Shown: positions 47,960 to 61,302 of the stretch, in pieces | Layout: the number at the start of each line of letters is the position of its first letter | Numbering within the stretch: the first letter of the stretch is position 1 | Position numbers and translations under genes: made by a program | Notes under the pieces: generated by a model | Database searches by the model: none | Seen by the model: only the letters and a program-made list of their open reading frames with translations | Told to the model about the DNA's origin: nothing | Assembly: GCA_944328445.1 (NCBI GenBank) | Contig: CALVHO010000040.1 | Span: 8,018-72,017 of the forward strand | DNA length: 64,000 nt | Origin: an uncultured Clostridia bacterium | Lineage (GTDB): Bacteria > Bacillota > Clostridia > Christensenellales > Borkfalkiaceae | Direction: 5' to 3'

Positions 47960-49498
47960 TCATGCGCGGCCGCCCGCGCGGCCCCACTTTTGCAGCAGGG
48001 AGCGGCAGGCTTCGGCGGCCGAGCGGGGCATGGCGCGGGTGAGGCGGAAGCGCCAGTTGCCCTCGGGCACCGACGGCACGTTCATGCGCGCGTCTCCGCC
48101 CAGCAGCAGGATGTCCTGCACGGGCAAAACGCACAGCTGCGCCCGCGTCGAGAGGGCGAGGGCGCGCAGCGCCGCGGCCGTCTGCCTGTCGCTGCCGAGC
48201 CGCGCGGGGATGCCCGCCGCCCGCAAAAGCGGGCGCAGGATGGCGTGCAGGTTGTTCCGTTCCCAATCCTGCATGGCGGACAAAAAGCCGACGAGGGTGT
48301 CGTTGTCGTGCGTGCCCGTGTAGCAGACGGCGTTGACGCCGATGTTGGCGGGCAGGTACGGGTTTTGCGGGCTGCCGTCGAAGGCGAACTGGATGACCTT
48401 CATGCCGGGGTAGCCCGTCCTGCGCAGCAGGCGGTACACCCCCTCGTCCAGCGTGCCGAGGTCCTCGGCGATGAAAGAAAGTTCGCCCAAGGCCGCGCGC
48501 GCGGCGTCGAACAGGGCCGCGCCGGGGCCTTTTTTCCACTGCCCGTTCATGGCCGTTTCTTCGTGGGCGTCGATCTCGAAATAGCGGTCAAAGCCGCGGA
48601 AATGGTCGATGCGCACCACGTCGTAGAGGTCGAAGGCGCGGCGGATGCGGTCGATCCACCAGGCGTAGCCCTCCGCCTTGTGGCGGGGCCAGTCGTACAC
48701 GGGATTGCCCCAAAGCTGGCCCGTGGCCGAAAAGTAATCGGGCGGCACGCCCGCCACCTTGCGGCGGGTCAGGTCCTTGTTGAGCTTGAACAGGTGCGGG
48801 TTGGCCCACACGTCGGCCGAATCGTAGGCCATGTACAGGGGGATATCCCCCACGATGCGGATGCCGAGGCCGTTCACGTATTCTTTGAGCGCGCGCCATT
48901 GTTTGAAAAAGATGAACTGCACGAACAGCCAAAATCCGATTTCTTCGGCGCACTCGCCGCGGAAGGCGGCCAGCGCCGCGGGGTCGCGGCGGCGCAGCGG
49001 CTTCGGCCAGCGGAAAAACCCGGCGCCGTATTTTTCGCGCAGCGCCATGAAGAGGGCGTAGTCCTCCATGCCGCCGTCGGCGGCAAACGCGCGGAAGGCG
49101 GGGTCGGAGCGGTCAAAGCGGGCATAGGCGCGACGCAAAAGCGCGGCGTGGTTTTGCCGCAAAAAGCCGTAGTCCGCCTGCCCGCCGTTCGGGCGGCGGA
49201 AGGCGGCGAGCTCGCTCTTTTTCAACAACCCTTCGGCCGCGAGCGCGTCGGGGTCGATGAGGTACGGGTTGCCCGAAGAGGCGTACACCGATTGGTAAGG
49301 AGAATCGCCGTGATCGGTCTGCACGAGGGGCAGCACCTGCCAATAGGCAAAGCCCGCGCCGCGCAAAAAATCGGCGAACCTGCGCGCCTGTTCCCCCATC
49401 GTGCCGATGCCGTACGGCCCCGGCAATGAGGAGATGTGCATCAGCACCCCCGCCGTGCGGCGCGGGAACACCGCGCAGCCCTTGTCTTTTCCGCCCAT
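47960..49498 (-). CDS. malQ: 4-alpha-glucanotransferase (GH77)
   Basis: GVLMHISSLPGPYGIG, WGNPVYDW, RIDHFRG, EDLG, YTGTHDNDT. Confidence 0.93.
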   Translation of the reverse strand: MGGKDKGCAVFPRRTAGVLMHISSLPGPYGIGTMGEQARRFADFLRGAGFAYWQVLPLVQTDHGDSPYQSVYASSGNPYLIDPDALAAEGLLKKSELAAFRRPNGGQADYGFLRQNHAALLRRAYARFDRSDPAFRAFAADGGMEDYALFMALREKYGAGFFRWPKPLRRRDPAALAAFRGECAEEIGFWLFVQFIFFKQWRALKEYVNGLGIRIVGDIPLYMAYDSADVWANPHLFKLNKDLTRRKVAGVPPDYFSATGQLWGNPVYDWPRHKAEGYAWWIDRIRRAFDLYDVVRIDHFRGFDRYFEIDAHEETAMNGQWKKGPGAALFDAARAALGELSFIAEDLGTLDEGVYRLLRRTGYPGMKVIQFAFDGSPQNPYLPANIGVNAVCYTGTHDNDTLVGFLSAMQDWERNNLHAILRPLLRAAGIPARLGSDRQTAAALRALALSTRAQLCVLPVQDILLLGGDARMNVPSVPEGNWRFRLTRAMPRSAAEACRSLLQKWGRAGGRA

Positions 49499-49740
49499 AG
49501 TCCACCTCTGCGGGAGGTCCGCCCGCATCGCGGCCGCGCCGTCCGCGCGCCGCTCCCTCTTTCCCTCTATTTTACCATAAATCTGCGCTTTTTCAAGCGG
49601 TTTTCCGCTATTTTTTCGCGCGGCGGGGCTGTTTTTTGCGGGCGGGGCGGGCGGCGGCGGAAAAACGCTTGCCCGCGGCCGCGTTTTGCCGTATAATGGG
49701 CGAAAAAAGCCGCCCGCACGGGCGGGCGAGGGAGGGCGGC

Positions 49741-50199
49741 ATGCTCGTACAGATCCGCCATGAAAAGGGCGCGCGGCGGCACGACGTGCTCTTTGCGGGC
49801 AAAAAACTGAAAAGCGGCGAGGAGTACGACCTGCCCGAAGGCGCCGAACTGACGCTGGCGGAATACAACCCGATGCTGAGCCCCTTCCGCTTTTTCCTCT
49901 TTGCGGGGAATTTCCTGGCGGGGATCGTGCGCGGGAAGTTCGGGGAGATGGACGAAGTGCGGCGGGTGCGGCACGTGGCGCGCGTGCGCCTCGGCGCGGC
50001 CAGCGAGGACGAGATCGGCATCGTCTTTTCGGAGGGCGGCTGGCGCATCGAGGGCGCGCCCGCCGAGACCTTGCAGGACGAGGAACTCCCCTGCCCCGCA
50101 GCGGAAAAGCGGGTGCGCCGCTACAAGGCAGCCGTCGTGGCGCTGTCCTTGGCGGCGCTGGCGGGGGTGCTGGCGCTGCTGGTCTTTGCCGTTATATAA
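49741..50199 (+). CDS. Hypothetical protein with C-terminal TM helix
   Basis: GGAGG RBS near 49730; hydrophobic C-terminus. Confidence 0.55.
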   Translation: MLVQIRHEKGARRHDVLFAGKKLKSGEEYDLPEGAELTLAEYNPMLSPFRFFLFAGNFLAGIVRGKFGEMDEVRRVRHVARVRLGAASEDEIGIVFSEGGWRIEGAPAETLQDEELPCPAAEKRVRRYKAAVVALSLAALAGVLALLVFAVI

Positions 50200-50289
50200 T
50201 GAGCGAACCGCACGGCACGGCGCGAAGCAGACGGCCGCGGGGCGCCCGTACGGGCGTCCCGCGGCCGCTTTATGCGCATGAGCGCACCT

Positions 50290-50877
50290 TCATTGTTCCG
50301 CGAGGGCGACAAAGCGCTGCGGCTTGTGGAAGGTCGGGCACAAGGTGGGGCAAAGCGCCAAAAGCCGCTGCTTGCCCGCGGCGGAGCCGCAGAGGCAGAA
50401 GGCGTTGAAGCGCATCGCGGCCGCGTCGAAGCCCGCAAGAGCCGCGAGCGGCAGGCAGATCTCGGCCTCGTACCCGCCCGCCGCGAGGCGCGTTGCGGCC
50501 GTGAAGGCGGGCGCGGTCTTGTCCGCGCGCGGCAGGCGGCGCCCGTCGCAGGCGATGTCTGCATAAAAGCGGACGCCGTAGGGCGAAACTTCGAGCTCCT
50601 TGTAGTGGTCCGGGCAGCCGTCCGGGGAGAGGAACACCTCCACCGCGTCGGCCTGCCAGATGTCCTCGTTGTCCTCCCGGAAGGGGCTGTACGGCGCGGC
50701 GTTCACGCAAAAGCGGAAGTGCAGCGCGCCGCCTTCGAGGCGGACGGAAAAGCGGCAGGTGCCGTCCTCGGCGCCCGTCACGTTTTCGCGCAGGAAGTAT
50801 GTACGGCCCTGCACGCAGCGGGGCACGGAGCCCCGCCCGCCCGCGGCGGGCTCCAAAAAAAACGCTTTTGTATCCAC
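50290..50877 (-). CDS. CBM9-like / DOMON-like sugar-binding protein
   Basis: DIWQADAVEVFLSPDG...YKELEVSPYG...EICLPLAAL...FHKP pattern; GTG start. Confidence 0.65.
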   Translation of the reverse strand: MDTKAFFLEPAAGGRGSVPRCVQGRTYFLRENVTGAEDGTCRFSVRLEGGALHFRFCVNAAPYSPFREDNEDIWQADAVEVFLSPDGCPDHYKELEVSPYGVRFYADIACDGRRLPRADKTAPAFTAATRLAAGGYEAEICLPLAALAGFDAAAMRFNAFCLCGSAAGKQRLLALCPTLCPTFHKPQRFVALAEQ

Positions 50878-51157
50878 GCAACGACCTCGTCTTATAAAAA
50901 TCGGTACCTTACCATTGTACCGCATGCGCGGCGGCTTGTCAAGCGCGGAAAAGGCGCAACGCTTTCCCCGCCGCCCCCTTCCGCACTCCGCACCCTTCCG
51001 CGCCGGTGTGCTTTGCCTTAAATTTTTATTTCGGAACAATTGTTGCATTTGACCGCGGAATATGGTATCGTGATCATGCAACGGTTTATAGCCATTCCCT
51101 ATTACGAGCGGCATAACCAAAATTTACACTTTCGCCTTGCCATAAGGAGACAAATCG

Positions 51158-52501
51158 ATGAGAATAATACGTGCTTTGAGATCGGTAAATTATAGACTTT
51201 GGCTTGCAATACTTGCGACAATGTTGTTGCCGACCGTATACCAAACGGTGAGAATATTTTTTCTCGGCGACATGCCGAGCGACAGCGGCATCAATATCGC
51301 GAGCCAATTGCAGTGGGTAAATTTGTTTTATGAAGTGGTGCAAGAAGCGTTGATCTTGCCACTGTTTTTTCTGCTCGGGAAATCGCTTGACGACAACAAA
51401 GAGTTTTCAAACAAAGTCCGCACGGGGCTTGCCGTTACGGGCGGAATATATTTGATCGTTTCCGTGATCATGATCGCTTGCGCCCGTCCGCTCGTTCTGT
51501 TTATGCAGCAAGATGCGGCGCTCGTTGAACAAACCGTTGTTTATGTCCGTTTGGAAACGACGGCGGCGCTGTTTTCTACGCTGTGGCGCTTCATGTCGGT
51601 CGTGCTTGTGACTTTGAAGCGAGACAACTATATGTACATACTCCTCGGGGCACAAATGCTGTTATCCGTTCTTTTGGACACTTTTTTGATCAGCGACCTC
51701 CCCGTTTCCGCAAAAATAGGCGTCAACGGAATTGCCATCAACAACATCACCGTAAACTTGATCGTCCTTGCCATTTCGGTCGCGCTCTTATACCGTGAAA
51801 ATATTCCGCTGTTTGCAAAAGAAAAATGGGATTTCGCCTGGCTGAAAGATTGGTTCAAGGTGGGGAAATTTTCGGGGATCGAATCCCTGCTCCGAAACCT
51901 TGTTTTTATGGTCATGGTCGTGCGCATGGTCAATATTGTCGCGGAACAAGGCAACTATTGGATCGCAAACAACTTTATTTGGAACTGGCTTTTGCTCCCG
52001 GGGCTCGCATTGGCCGATCTGGTCAAGAAAGAAACCGGTGAAAATAAAGAGGCCGTACGCACAAAAACGTTCGGCTATATTTTGTTGGCAAGTATCTTTG
52101 CGGCGGCATGGCTTATCAGCATACCGTTGTGGAAACCGTTTTTGAAGAACGTCATGAACGTTGCCGAATATGAAACCGTATTTAAGATAGTACTCATCGA
52201 AACGGGCTTTTACATCACCTTTCTGTTCAACAGCTGCATTTTTGACAGCACGTTTTACGGGTTGGGCAAAACGAATTATATGCTTATCCAATCGCTGTGT
52301 ATCGACGGCTTGTATTACGGAATAATGTTTATTCTTTACGTAACAGGCGTATTTGTGCCTACACTTTTGGGAATCGCGCTTATGTTCGGTATCGGTATGG
52401 CGCTCGATTTTATTCCTACGCTCATCCTGTACATCAGGCTTTTGAAAAAGGAAAACTTAAAAATAGATCTCAACTTGCTGCCCGATGGCAACTTTGAATA
52501 A
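51158..52501 (+). CDS. MATE-family exporter, AT-richer than flanks
   Basis: About 12 TM segments in two halves; AGGAG RBS; codon usage differs from neighbours. Confidence 0.7.
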   Translation: MRIIRALRSVNYRLWLAILATMLLPTVYQTVRIFFLGDMPSDSGINIASQLQWVNLFYEVVQEALILPLFFLLGKSLDDNKEFSNKVRTGLAVTGGIYLIVSVIMIACARPLVLFMQQDAALVEQTVVYVRLETTAALFSTLWRFMSVVLVTLKRDNYMYILLGAQMLLSVLLDTFLISDLPVSAKIGVNGIAINNITVNLIVLAISVALLYRENIPLFAKEKWDFAWLKDWFKVGKFSGIESLLRNLVFMVMVVRMVNIVAEQGNYWIANNFIWNWLLLPGLALADLVKKETGENKEAVRTKTFGYILLASIFAAAWLISIPLWKPFLKNVMNVAEYETVFKIVLIETGFYITFLFNSCIFDSTFYGLGKTNYMLIQSLCIDGLYYGIMFILYVTGVFVPTLLGIALMFGIGMALDFIPTLILYIRLLKKENLKIDLNLLPDGNFE

Positions 52502-52687
52502 AATCGCCGAACCGTTCTGCAACGGCCGGGCAAGCCGGACGCCCCTTCCACCGCTGCGCCGGGCCCCGCACTTTGGCCCATAACTCTTCCGCACATAAAG
52601 CGCAAGGCGGCCACTCCGCCCCCGCGCGTTCACGCGCGTGCAAAACCCCGGGGCATTGCCCCGGGGCGTTCGTTTCCGTTCAGGCGT

Positions 52688-53221
52688 TCAGCGGCGCGCT
52701 TTGCGCGGGATCAGCAGGCCGATATCCCCGTTGGCGCGCAGGTACACCACGCGCACCTCGCCCGTTTCCGCGTCCTGGAAGATGTAAAAGCTGTGGCCGA
52801 GCAGGTCGAGCTGTTCGGCGGCCTCGTCCGAGGTCATGGGCGTGAGGTCGAAGGTCTTGGTCTTGACCAGCTTGCTCTCGGGCAAAAAGTCGTCGCCGAA
52901 AAAGAGCTGGCCCTGCGCGAAGGCGTCCTTTTTGAGCTGGCTTTCCAGCTTGCCCTTGTGCTTGTAGATCTGCTTTTCGATCTTGGGGAGCACGTCGTCG
53001 ATGCAGTCGTAAAAATTGTCACCGAGCACTTCGGCGCGCACCATGTTGCCCTTGTAGTAGACGGTGATCTCCGTCTTGCAGCGCTTGCCGTCCTGTTTGA
53101 GGTAGACCGAGCAGACGGCGTCTTCGTCGAAATACTTATCCAGCCGCGCCACCTTTTTGGTGACGACGCCCGTCAGCTTTTCGCCTGCCCTGCAATTTTT
53201 TTCGCTGATTTCGATACGCAT
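52688..53221 (-). CDS. hpf: Ribosome hibernation promoting factor (long HPF)
   Basis: KKVARLDKYF, IDDVLPKIEKQIYKHK, PMTSDEAAEQLDLLGHSFYIF. Confidence 0.9.
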   Translation of the reverse strand: MRIEISEKNCRAGEKLTGVVTKKVARLDKYFDEDAVCSVYLKQDGKRCKTEITVYYKGNMVRAEVLGDNFYDCIDDVLPKIEKQIYKHKGKLESQLKKDAFAQGQLFFGDDFLPESKLVKTKTFDLTPMTSDEAAEQLDLLGHSFYIFQDAETGEVRVVYLRANGDIGLLIPRKARR

Positions 53222-53334
53222 GTTTTTTTCCTCCTTACGATCGTTATGCGTGCGGGCGCAGCGTGTGCCCGCTCTTTTTCCGTCCGTGAACGCGCCCGCA
53301 GCGCCGCGCGGGCCCGCCCCTCTTTGCGCCCGCG

Positions 53335-55794
<2,460 letters not shown>

Positions 55795-55883
55795 GTTGTC
55801 TTGGCTCCGTAAAAACCGGGCGCGCGGCTCCGTTTTTGGGTGTACGTATGGTGTTTTTTCGTCCGCGGCGCAGGGGCGCTCTT

Positions 55884-56906
55884 TCAGCCCTCGGGCGGGA
55901 TGCGCACGCCCGCCAGCGCGCTGCGGCAGGCGGCGGCGCGGCGCTTGTCTCGTTCGGCGGCTTCGGAAGCGCCGTCGAAGCGCAGGTCGATGTTCGCGGG
56001 CCGCACGGCGGCGCTGAGCCTGTCCAGTGCGGAAAAGTCGTCCGCCTGCAAAAATCCGAGGGCGGCGCCCAGCTTCACGTCCGAAACGCGCTGCAAAAAT
56101 TCGCTGTACGAGATGCGGTAGCAGGTCTGCAAGATGCCGAGGGCGCGGCGGCAGGCGTCGCGCACGCCGTCGTCCTCGCGGAAGGCCTTGCGCGCCTGCG
56201 CTTCGAGGTTGACGATCTCCAAAGCGGTGTTGTGCACCTCGGCGAGGATGTACTCCTCGTCGACGCCGAGCGTCACCTCGTTGCTGACCTGGTACATGTA
56301 GCCCTCGGCCGCGCTGCCCTCCCCGTACACGCCGCGCACGGCGTGGCCGAGGCGGGAAATTTCGCGGATGAGCGCGTCCATCTTGTTGCGGCGGGTCAGG
56401 CCCGGCAAAAAGAGCATGACCGAGGCGCGCATGCCCGTGCCGAGGTTGGTGGGACAGGCCGTCAGGTACCCCCAATGCGCGTCGAAGGCGAAGCGCAGCG
56501 CCCGCGACAGGCCGTCGTCGACGGCGGAGATGCGGCGGTAGGCGGGCGAAAGGCTGAGCCCGGGCAGGATGCACTGCTCGCGCAGATGGTCCTCCTCGTT
56601 GATCATGATGGAGAGTTTGCCCTCGCCGCTTTCCTCGTCGATGAGCGCGGCGCCGCAGCGGTTGGCCGCGAGCTCGGTGCTGATGAGGTGGTCGTCGCAG
56701 ATGGCCTGGGCCACTACCCCGGAGATCTCCTCCATGCGGTAGAGCTTGAAGGAGCCGAGGCCGCTGGCCGCGGCGTCGACGGCGTTGACGATCTCCCGCG
56801 CCTCGGCGGCGCCGAGGCGGTTGGGGAAGGGATGCCCCGCCAGGTTGCGCGCCAGGCGCACGCGGGTGGAGACGACGGTCGTTTCGATGTTGTTGGGCGC
56901 GCGCAT
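55884..56906 (-). CDS. mcsB: Protein arginine kinase
   Basis: [35 protein letters not shown]. Confidence 0.93.
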   Translation of the reverse strand: MRAPNNIETTVVSTRVRLARNLAGHPFPNRLGAAEAREIVNAVDAAASGLGSFKLYRMEEISGVVAQAICDDHLISTELAANRCGAALIDEESGEGKLSIMINEEDHLREQCILPGLSLSPAYRRISAVDDGLSRALRFAFDAHWGYLTACPTNLGTGMRASVMLFLPGLTRRNKMDALIREISRLGHAVRGVYGEGSAAEGYMYQVSNEVTLGVDEEYILAEVHNTALEIVNLEAQARKAFREDDGVRDACRRALGILQTCYRISYSEFLQRVSDVKLGAALGFLQADDFSALDRLSAAVRPANIDLRFDGASEAAERDKRRAAACRSALAGVRIPPEG

Positions 56907-56907
56907 C

Positions 56908-57393
56908 TCAGCCCTCCCCGCCGTAATCGTCGCGGTACAGCATGCGGCTGATGTCGCGGATGTCGCGGTTGATGCGTTCGGCGTCCTTCATGCGCTTTTC
57001 GCGCACGGCGCGCTCCAATTCGCCGCGCAGGCGCTTGCGCTCGTCCAAAAGTTCGTACATCTTGCCGTCGCCGCAGGGGTGCTTGCCCGTGTGCACGGTG
57101 CGGCCGTGGATGCGGCGCACCGCGGGGCGCAGCTGCTCGCGGAAGGCCTCGTAGCACTCCGCGCAGCCCAACAGCCCCGTGCGGGCGTAGTCGGACAGGG
57201 CGGTGCCGCAGGCGGGGCACACGCCCTCGGACGTTTCCGGCTGCATGAAGGAGACGAACAGCCCCGCGTCGCTGCCGAAATACCCCGCGGCCTCCCCGAG
57301 GCGGGCGAAGCAGTCGTCGCACAGCGGAGGCAGTCCGTCCTCCCCGTCCACGCCGTGCGTGGCTTCCTTGTTGTGGCAATGTGAACAAAGCAT
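56908..57393 (-). CDS. mcsA: McsB activator McsA
   Basis: Four CxxC motifs, LGCAECYEAF, HTGKHP, C-terminal UVR-like helix. Confidence 0.88.
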   Translation of the reverse strand: MLCSHCHNKEATHGVDGEDGLPPLCDDCFARLGEAAGYFGSDAGLFVSFMQPETSEGVCPACGTALSDYARTGLLGCAECYEAFREQLRPAVRRIHGRTVHTGKHPCGDGKMYELLDERKRLRGELERAVREKRMKDAERINRDIRDISRMLYRDDYGGEG

Positions 57394-57482
57394 AGTATGA
57401 ATGCGGGCGCGGGGGCGGAGTGTCCGCCGCGGCAGGCCGCCGCGCGGCCGCGCATGCGCCGTGGTAACGTTTTGTTTTCCTT

Positions 57483-57511
57483 ATTATACCACGCGCGGCG
57501 GCCGTTGTAAA
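57483..57511 (-). promoter_or_regulatory. Sigma-A promoter of mcsA-mcsB-clpC
   Basis: TTTACA-17-TATAAT with TG extension. Confidence 0.6.
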
Positions 57512-57556
57512 CACTTTTTCCGAAAATTAACCGCGGGGCGAAGGCGCGGGGCGCGT

Positions 57557-58255
57557 TCACGCATAGTCGCCGCGGTCCATGCAGGCGCGCACCTTTTCGA
57601 CGGCGCGCTTTTCGATGCGGGAGATGTAGGAGCGGGAGATCTTCAAAAACGCGGCCACCTCGCGCTGGGGCATGGGCGCGCCGCCCTTCAAGCCGTAGCG
57701 CAGGCAAAGCACCGTGAACTCGCGTTCGGTGAGCGCGTTTTGCAAAACGTGCATGAATTTCTCCTTCACCATGCGCTGTTCCACCGCCTTGAACACGCCC
57801 TCCTCCTTTTCGTACAAAAGGTCCATGAGCGTGAGTTCGTTCCCCTCCTTATCTACGCCGACGGGGTCGGAAAGGTACACGGTGTTGCGGTGCTTTTTGT
57901 TGCTGCGGATGAGCATGAGGATCTCGTTTTCGATGCAGCGGGCGGTGTAGGTGGCCAGCTGCGTGCCCCGCCCCTCGCGGTAGGTGTTGACGGCCTTGAT
58001 CAGCCCGATGCTGCCCACCGAGATGAGGTCGTCCGTCTCGGCGGCGCCGCTGTACTTTTTGACGATGTGCGCCACCAGCCGCATGTTGTGGCGGATGAGT
58101 TTATCTTTGGCCTCCTTGTCTCCCTCGCGCGCCAGGCGCAGGCAGCGCGCCTCCTCCTCGGGCGGGAGCGGGCGCGGGAAGGAGCCCTTCCCGCCCACGG
58201 CTGCGGTAAAGAAAACCAGTTTCCCGAACAGGGCACACAAAAAATCGAACAACAT
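57557..58255 (-). CDS. sigK: Sporulation sigma factor SigK (pro-sigma, uninterrupted)
   Basis: Hydrophobic pro-sequence, SFPRPL, HNMRLVAHIVKKY, LATYTARCIENEILM, ISRSYISRIEK. Confidence 0.82.
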   Translation of the reverse strand: MLFDFLCALFGKLVFFTAAVGGKGSFPRPLPPEEEARCLRLAREGDKEAKDKLIRHNMRLVAHIVKKYSGAAETDDLISVGSIGLIKAVNTYREGRGTQLATYTARCIENEILMLIRSNKKHRNTVYLSDPVGVDKEGNELTLMDLLYEKEEGVFKAVEQRMVKEKFMHVLQNALTEREFTVLCLRYGLKGGAPMPQREVAAFLKISRSYISRIEKRAVEKVRACMDRGDYA

Positions 58256-58461
58256 ACGGCCGCCTCGCAAAGGGATTGCCGCGGCGCACCGCGGCACCCC
58301 TACTCTATGCCCGCCGCGGCTTGTACTATGCCCCGCGCCCTCCCTCCGCCCGCGAAAGGATATGGGGGCAACGTGAAAAGGCTTGCGCCGCCCGCGCGGC
58401 ATGGCCGCGGCAACGCAAAAAGGCGCAGCCGTACGGCCGCACCCGAATGGAAAGTGTAGTT

Positions 58462-58747
58462 TGCGAATGTAGAATGTAAAATGTAGAGTGTAGAATTGAG
58501 GATGAAAATTTCTATAATCCCCTGCGCGTGGCAAAACCACGCTTTTGCCTAAGCGCCCTCAATTTGCCGAAAACATTCGGCTGCGGGAAAGGGGTGAATT
58601 TCGCGCACTCAAATAATAGGTGTGCCCTAAAAAGTGCGCGAAAGAGGGGAAAACCGTTGCAGAGCATTGCCACGCAATGCGAACAACGGTTCTCCCCTCA
58701 AACTCACGGAAAATTTTTTCATCAGCTTGAAAAAATTTTCGTGAACA
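58462..58747 (+). repeat. Heptamer array followed by five-hairpin structured repeat, copy 2 (58524-58747)
   Basis: First ~55 nt of the copy nearly identical to 36500 onward; later stems covary. Confidence 0.85.
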
Positions 58748-58750
58748 CTT

Positions 58751-60181
58751 TTAATACGCCCGCGCGAACAGCACGACGTGCTTGGCTTCCTTGCCGCAGC
58801 AGACGCACTTTCCGGCATGTTCGCCCTCGACGAGCACGCGGGCGGAGGCGGCGGTCTGTTCCTTGATCTTGTCCTCGCATTCGCGGCAGCCGCACCAGCC
58901 CGCCTTGACGAAGTTTCCGCCTTCCACGCCCTGCAACAGCCCGTTCATGTCCTCGGCGGTCACGACGCGCTCCTCTTTGCGCTTGCGGGCGCGCTCCAAA
59001 AGGTTCGCCTGCACGCTGCCGAGCAGCGCCTGCACCGCGGCGGGGGCCGCCTGCAAGGGCGCTTCCGACTTTTCGTGCGTGTCCCTGCGGACGAGCACGA
59101 TCTTGCCGGCCTCGATGTCGCGCGGGCCGATCTCGATGCGGACGGGCACGCCCTTCATCTCCCATTCGTTGAACTTCCAGCCCGGGCTGTTGTCCGAAAA
59201 ATCGGCCTCGGCGCGGATGCCCGCAGCGCAGAGTTCGGCTTTGAGCGCGGCCGCCGCCTCGACGACGCCCTCCTTTTTGGCCGCGATGGGCACGATGACG
59301 GCCTGCACGGGCGCGACGACGGGCGGCAGCACCAGCCCGCGCGCGTCGCCGTGGGCCATGATGAGCGCGCCGATGAGGCGCGTGGAGACCCCCCACGAGG
59401 TGGTGTAGGCGTACTTGTGGGTGCCGTCCTTGTCCAAAAATTTGATGTCGAAGGCCTTGGCGAAGTTCTGCCCGAGGTAGTGCGAGGTACCCGCCTGCAA
59501 GCTCTTGCCGTCGTGCATCATGGCTTCCATGCCGAAGGTGGCCACGGCGCCCGCAAACTTTTCCTTTTCCGTTTTGCGGCCCGTGAACACGGGGATGGCG
59601 AGGCAGGTCTCGGCGAATTCTTTGTAGACGCCGAGCATCTTCATCGTCTCCTCCATCGCCTCCTCCTCGGTGGCGTGGGCGGTGTGGCCTTCCTGCCACA
59701 AAAATTCGCTGGTGCGAAGGAAAGGACGGGTGGTCTTTTCCCAGCGCACGACGTTGGCCCACTGGTTGATGAGGATGGGCAGGTCGCGGTACGATTGCAG
59801 CCACTTGGAGTACATCTCGCCGATGACCGTTTCACTGGTCGGGCGGATGACCAGGGGTTCGGCGAGCGTTTCGCCGCCGCCGACGGTGACGACGGCCACT
59901 TCGGGCGCGAACCCTTCCACGTGCTCGGCTTCGCGCGTCATGAAGCTGTACGGGATGAGCAGCGGGAAATAGGCGTTTTTGTGCCCCGTGGCCTTGAAGC
60001 GGGCGTCCAGCTCGCGCTGGATGTTCTCCCAGATGGCGTACCCGTACGGGCGGATGACCATGGTGCCCTTGACGGGGCCGTAGTCGACGAGCTCGGTCTT
60101 GACCACCACGTCGGTATACCAACGGGGGAAGTCCGTTTCGATGTCAGCGATCTGATTGACGAAAGCATTGTCCTTAGCCAT
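58751..60181 (-). CDS. proS: Prolyl-tRNA synthetase (archaeal/eukaryotic type)
   Basis: RPTSET, RPFLRTSEFLWQEGHT, QAGTSHYLGQNF, C-terminal Zn-binding Cys. Confidence 0.95.
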   Translation of the reverse strand: MAKDNAFVNQIADIETDFPRWYTDVVVKTELVDYGPVKGTMVIRPYGYAIWENIQRELDARFKATGHKNAYFPLLIPYSFMTREAEHVEGFAPEVAVVTVGGGETLAEPLVIRPTSETVIGEMYSKWLQSYRDLPILINQWANVVRWEKTTRPFLRTSEFLWQEGHTAHATEEEAMEETMKMLGVYKEFAETCLAIPVFTGRKTEKEKFAGAVATFGMEAMMHDGKSLQAGTSHYLGQNFAKAFDIKFLDKDGTHKYAYTTSWGVSTRLIGALIMAHGDARGLVLPPVVAPVQAVIVPIAAKKEGVVEAAAALKAELCAAGIRAEADFSDNSPGWKFNEWEMKGVPVRIEIGPRDIEAGKIVLVRRDTHEKSEAPLQAAPAAVQALLGSVQANLLERARKRKEERVVTAEDMNGLLQGVEGGNFVKAGWCGCRECEDKIKEQTAASARVLVEGEHAGKCVCCGKEAKHVVLFARAY

Positions 60182-60327
60182 GGATGACCTCTCTCTGCGT
60201 GAAAAGACGCAAAAAAATGGATATACTCAAAGCAGTATACCACATTCTTCTTGTTTGGGCAAACGCTTTGAGGGGCGCGTGCGCGTTTGCCGCGATATTT
60301 TTGCCGTGAACGGGCCGCGCGGGCGGT

Positions 60328-61212
60328 TCAGCGGCGCTCCGCGCGGGAAAACCAGCCCATGCCCACCGCGTCCGGCCCCAGGTGCGAGCCGATGACGGGC
60401 CCCATGATGGAGATCTCGGGGGCGCGGCCGTACGCCTCCTGCACGAGGGCGGCCAGTTCGCCCGCCGCACGCTCGGCGTCGGTATGCACGATGACGATGC
60501 GGCCGTGGTCGGGATCGGGCGGGAACTTCTGCAACTCGGAAAGGGCGAAGGCGTAGGCCTTTTTCATGCCGCGGCACTTTTCGACGACGGCCAGCGTGCC
60601 CGCGCGGGTGAAGTTGAGCACGGGCTTGACTTGCAACAGCGTGCCCGCCACCGCCGCCACCGCCGAGACCCTGCCGCCCCGTTTGAGGTAGTACAGGTCC
60701 CCCGCCACGATGACGTACTGCTGGTGCATGCGCAGCGCGTTGAGGGCGGCCGCCGCCTCGGCCGCGGGCAGGCCCGCGTCGCGCAAGGCGAGCGCCTCCT
60801 TGACCAGCGCGCCGCTGCCCGCGGTGGCGCCCAGGCTGTCGACGACGAAGGCGCGGCAGCCGGGGTACTTTTCCTCGGCGGCTTTGGCGGCCTCGGCCGC
60901 CACGTCGGCCGTGGGCGAAAGCCCGCCCGATAGGCTCACGTGCACGAGCTCGCGCGCGCCCTCTTCAAAGATGCGCGAAAAATGGGCCAGGTGCTGCTCG
61001 AAGTTGAGCATCGAGGTGCGCGAAAAGGCGCCCGCGCGCAGTTCGTTGAAAAACGCCGCGTACTGCGAATAGGCGGTAAAGGCGTCCTTGTATTCGGTCA
61101 GCACGCCGCCCTTTTCCACGGTAAAGCGCATGGGCGCGATGCGGATACCGTTTTCGCGCGCAAATCCGGCGTAGAGGTCACAGGTCGAATCGGCCGAAAG
61201 AACGAATTGCAT
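60328..61212 (-). CDS. DegV-family fatty-acid-binding protein
   Basis: DSTCDL, SLSGGLS, YLKRGGRVS, IGSHLGP. Confidence 0.9.
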   Translation of the reverse strand: MQFVLSADSTCDLYAGFARENGIRIAPMRFTVEKGGVLTEYKDAFTAYSQYAAFFNELRAGAFSRTSMLNFEQHLAHFSRIFEEGARELVHVSLSGGLSPTADVAAEAAKAAEEKYPGCRAFVVDSLGATAGSGALVKEALALRDAGLPAAEAAAALNALRMHQQYVIVAGDLYYLKRGGRVSAVAAVAGTLLQVKPVLNFTRAGTLAVVEKCRGMKKAYAFALSELQKFPPDPDHGRIVIVHTDAERAAGELAALVQEAYGRAPEISIMGPVIGSHLGPDAVGMGWFSRAERR

Positions 61213-61302
61213 GGTCACTACCCCACTCGTTTCCGCCACGCGCCGCCGCGCGGGCAAAGGAACGCGCCCGCACGCCCGCAGCAAGGGCGAAGCCGCAAAC
61301 GC

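Noticed and set aside
57557-58255. skin-like element interrupting sigK
   Set aside because: The sigK frame is continuous and full length.
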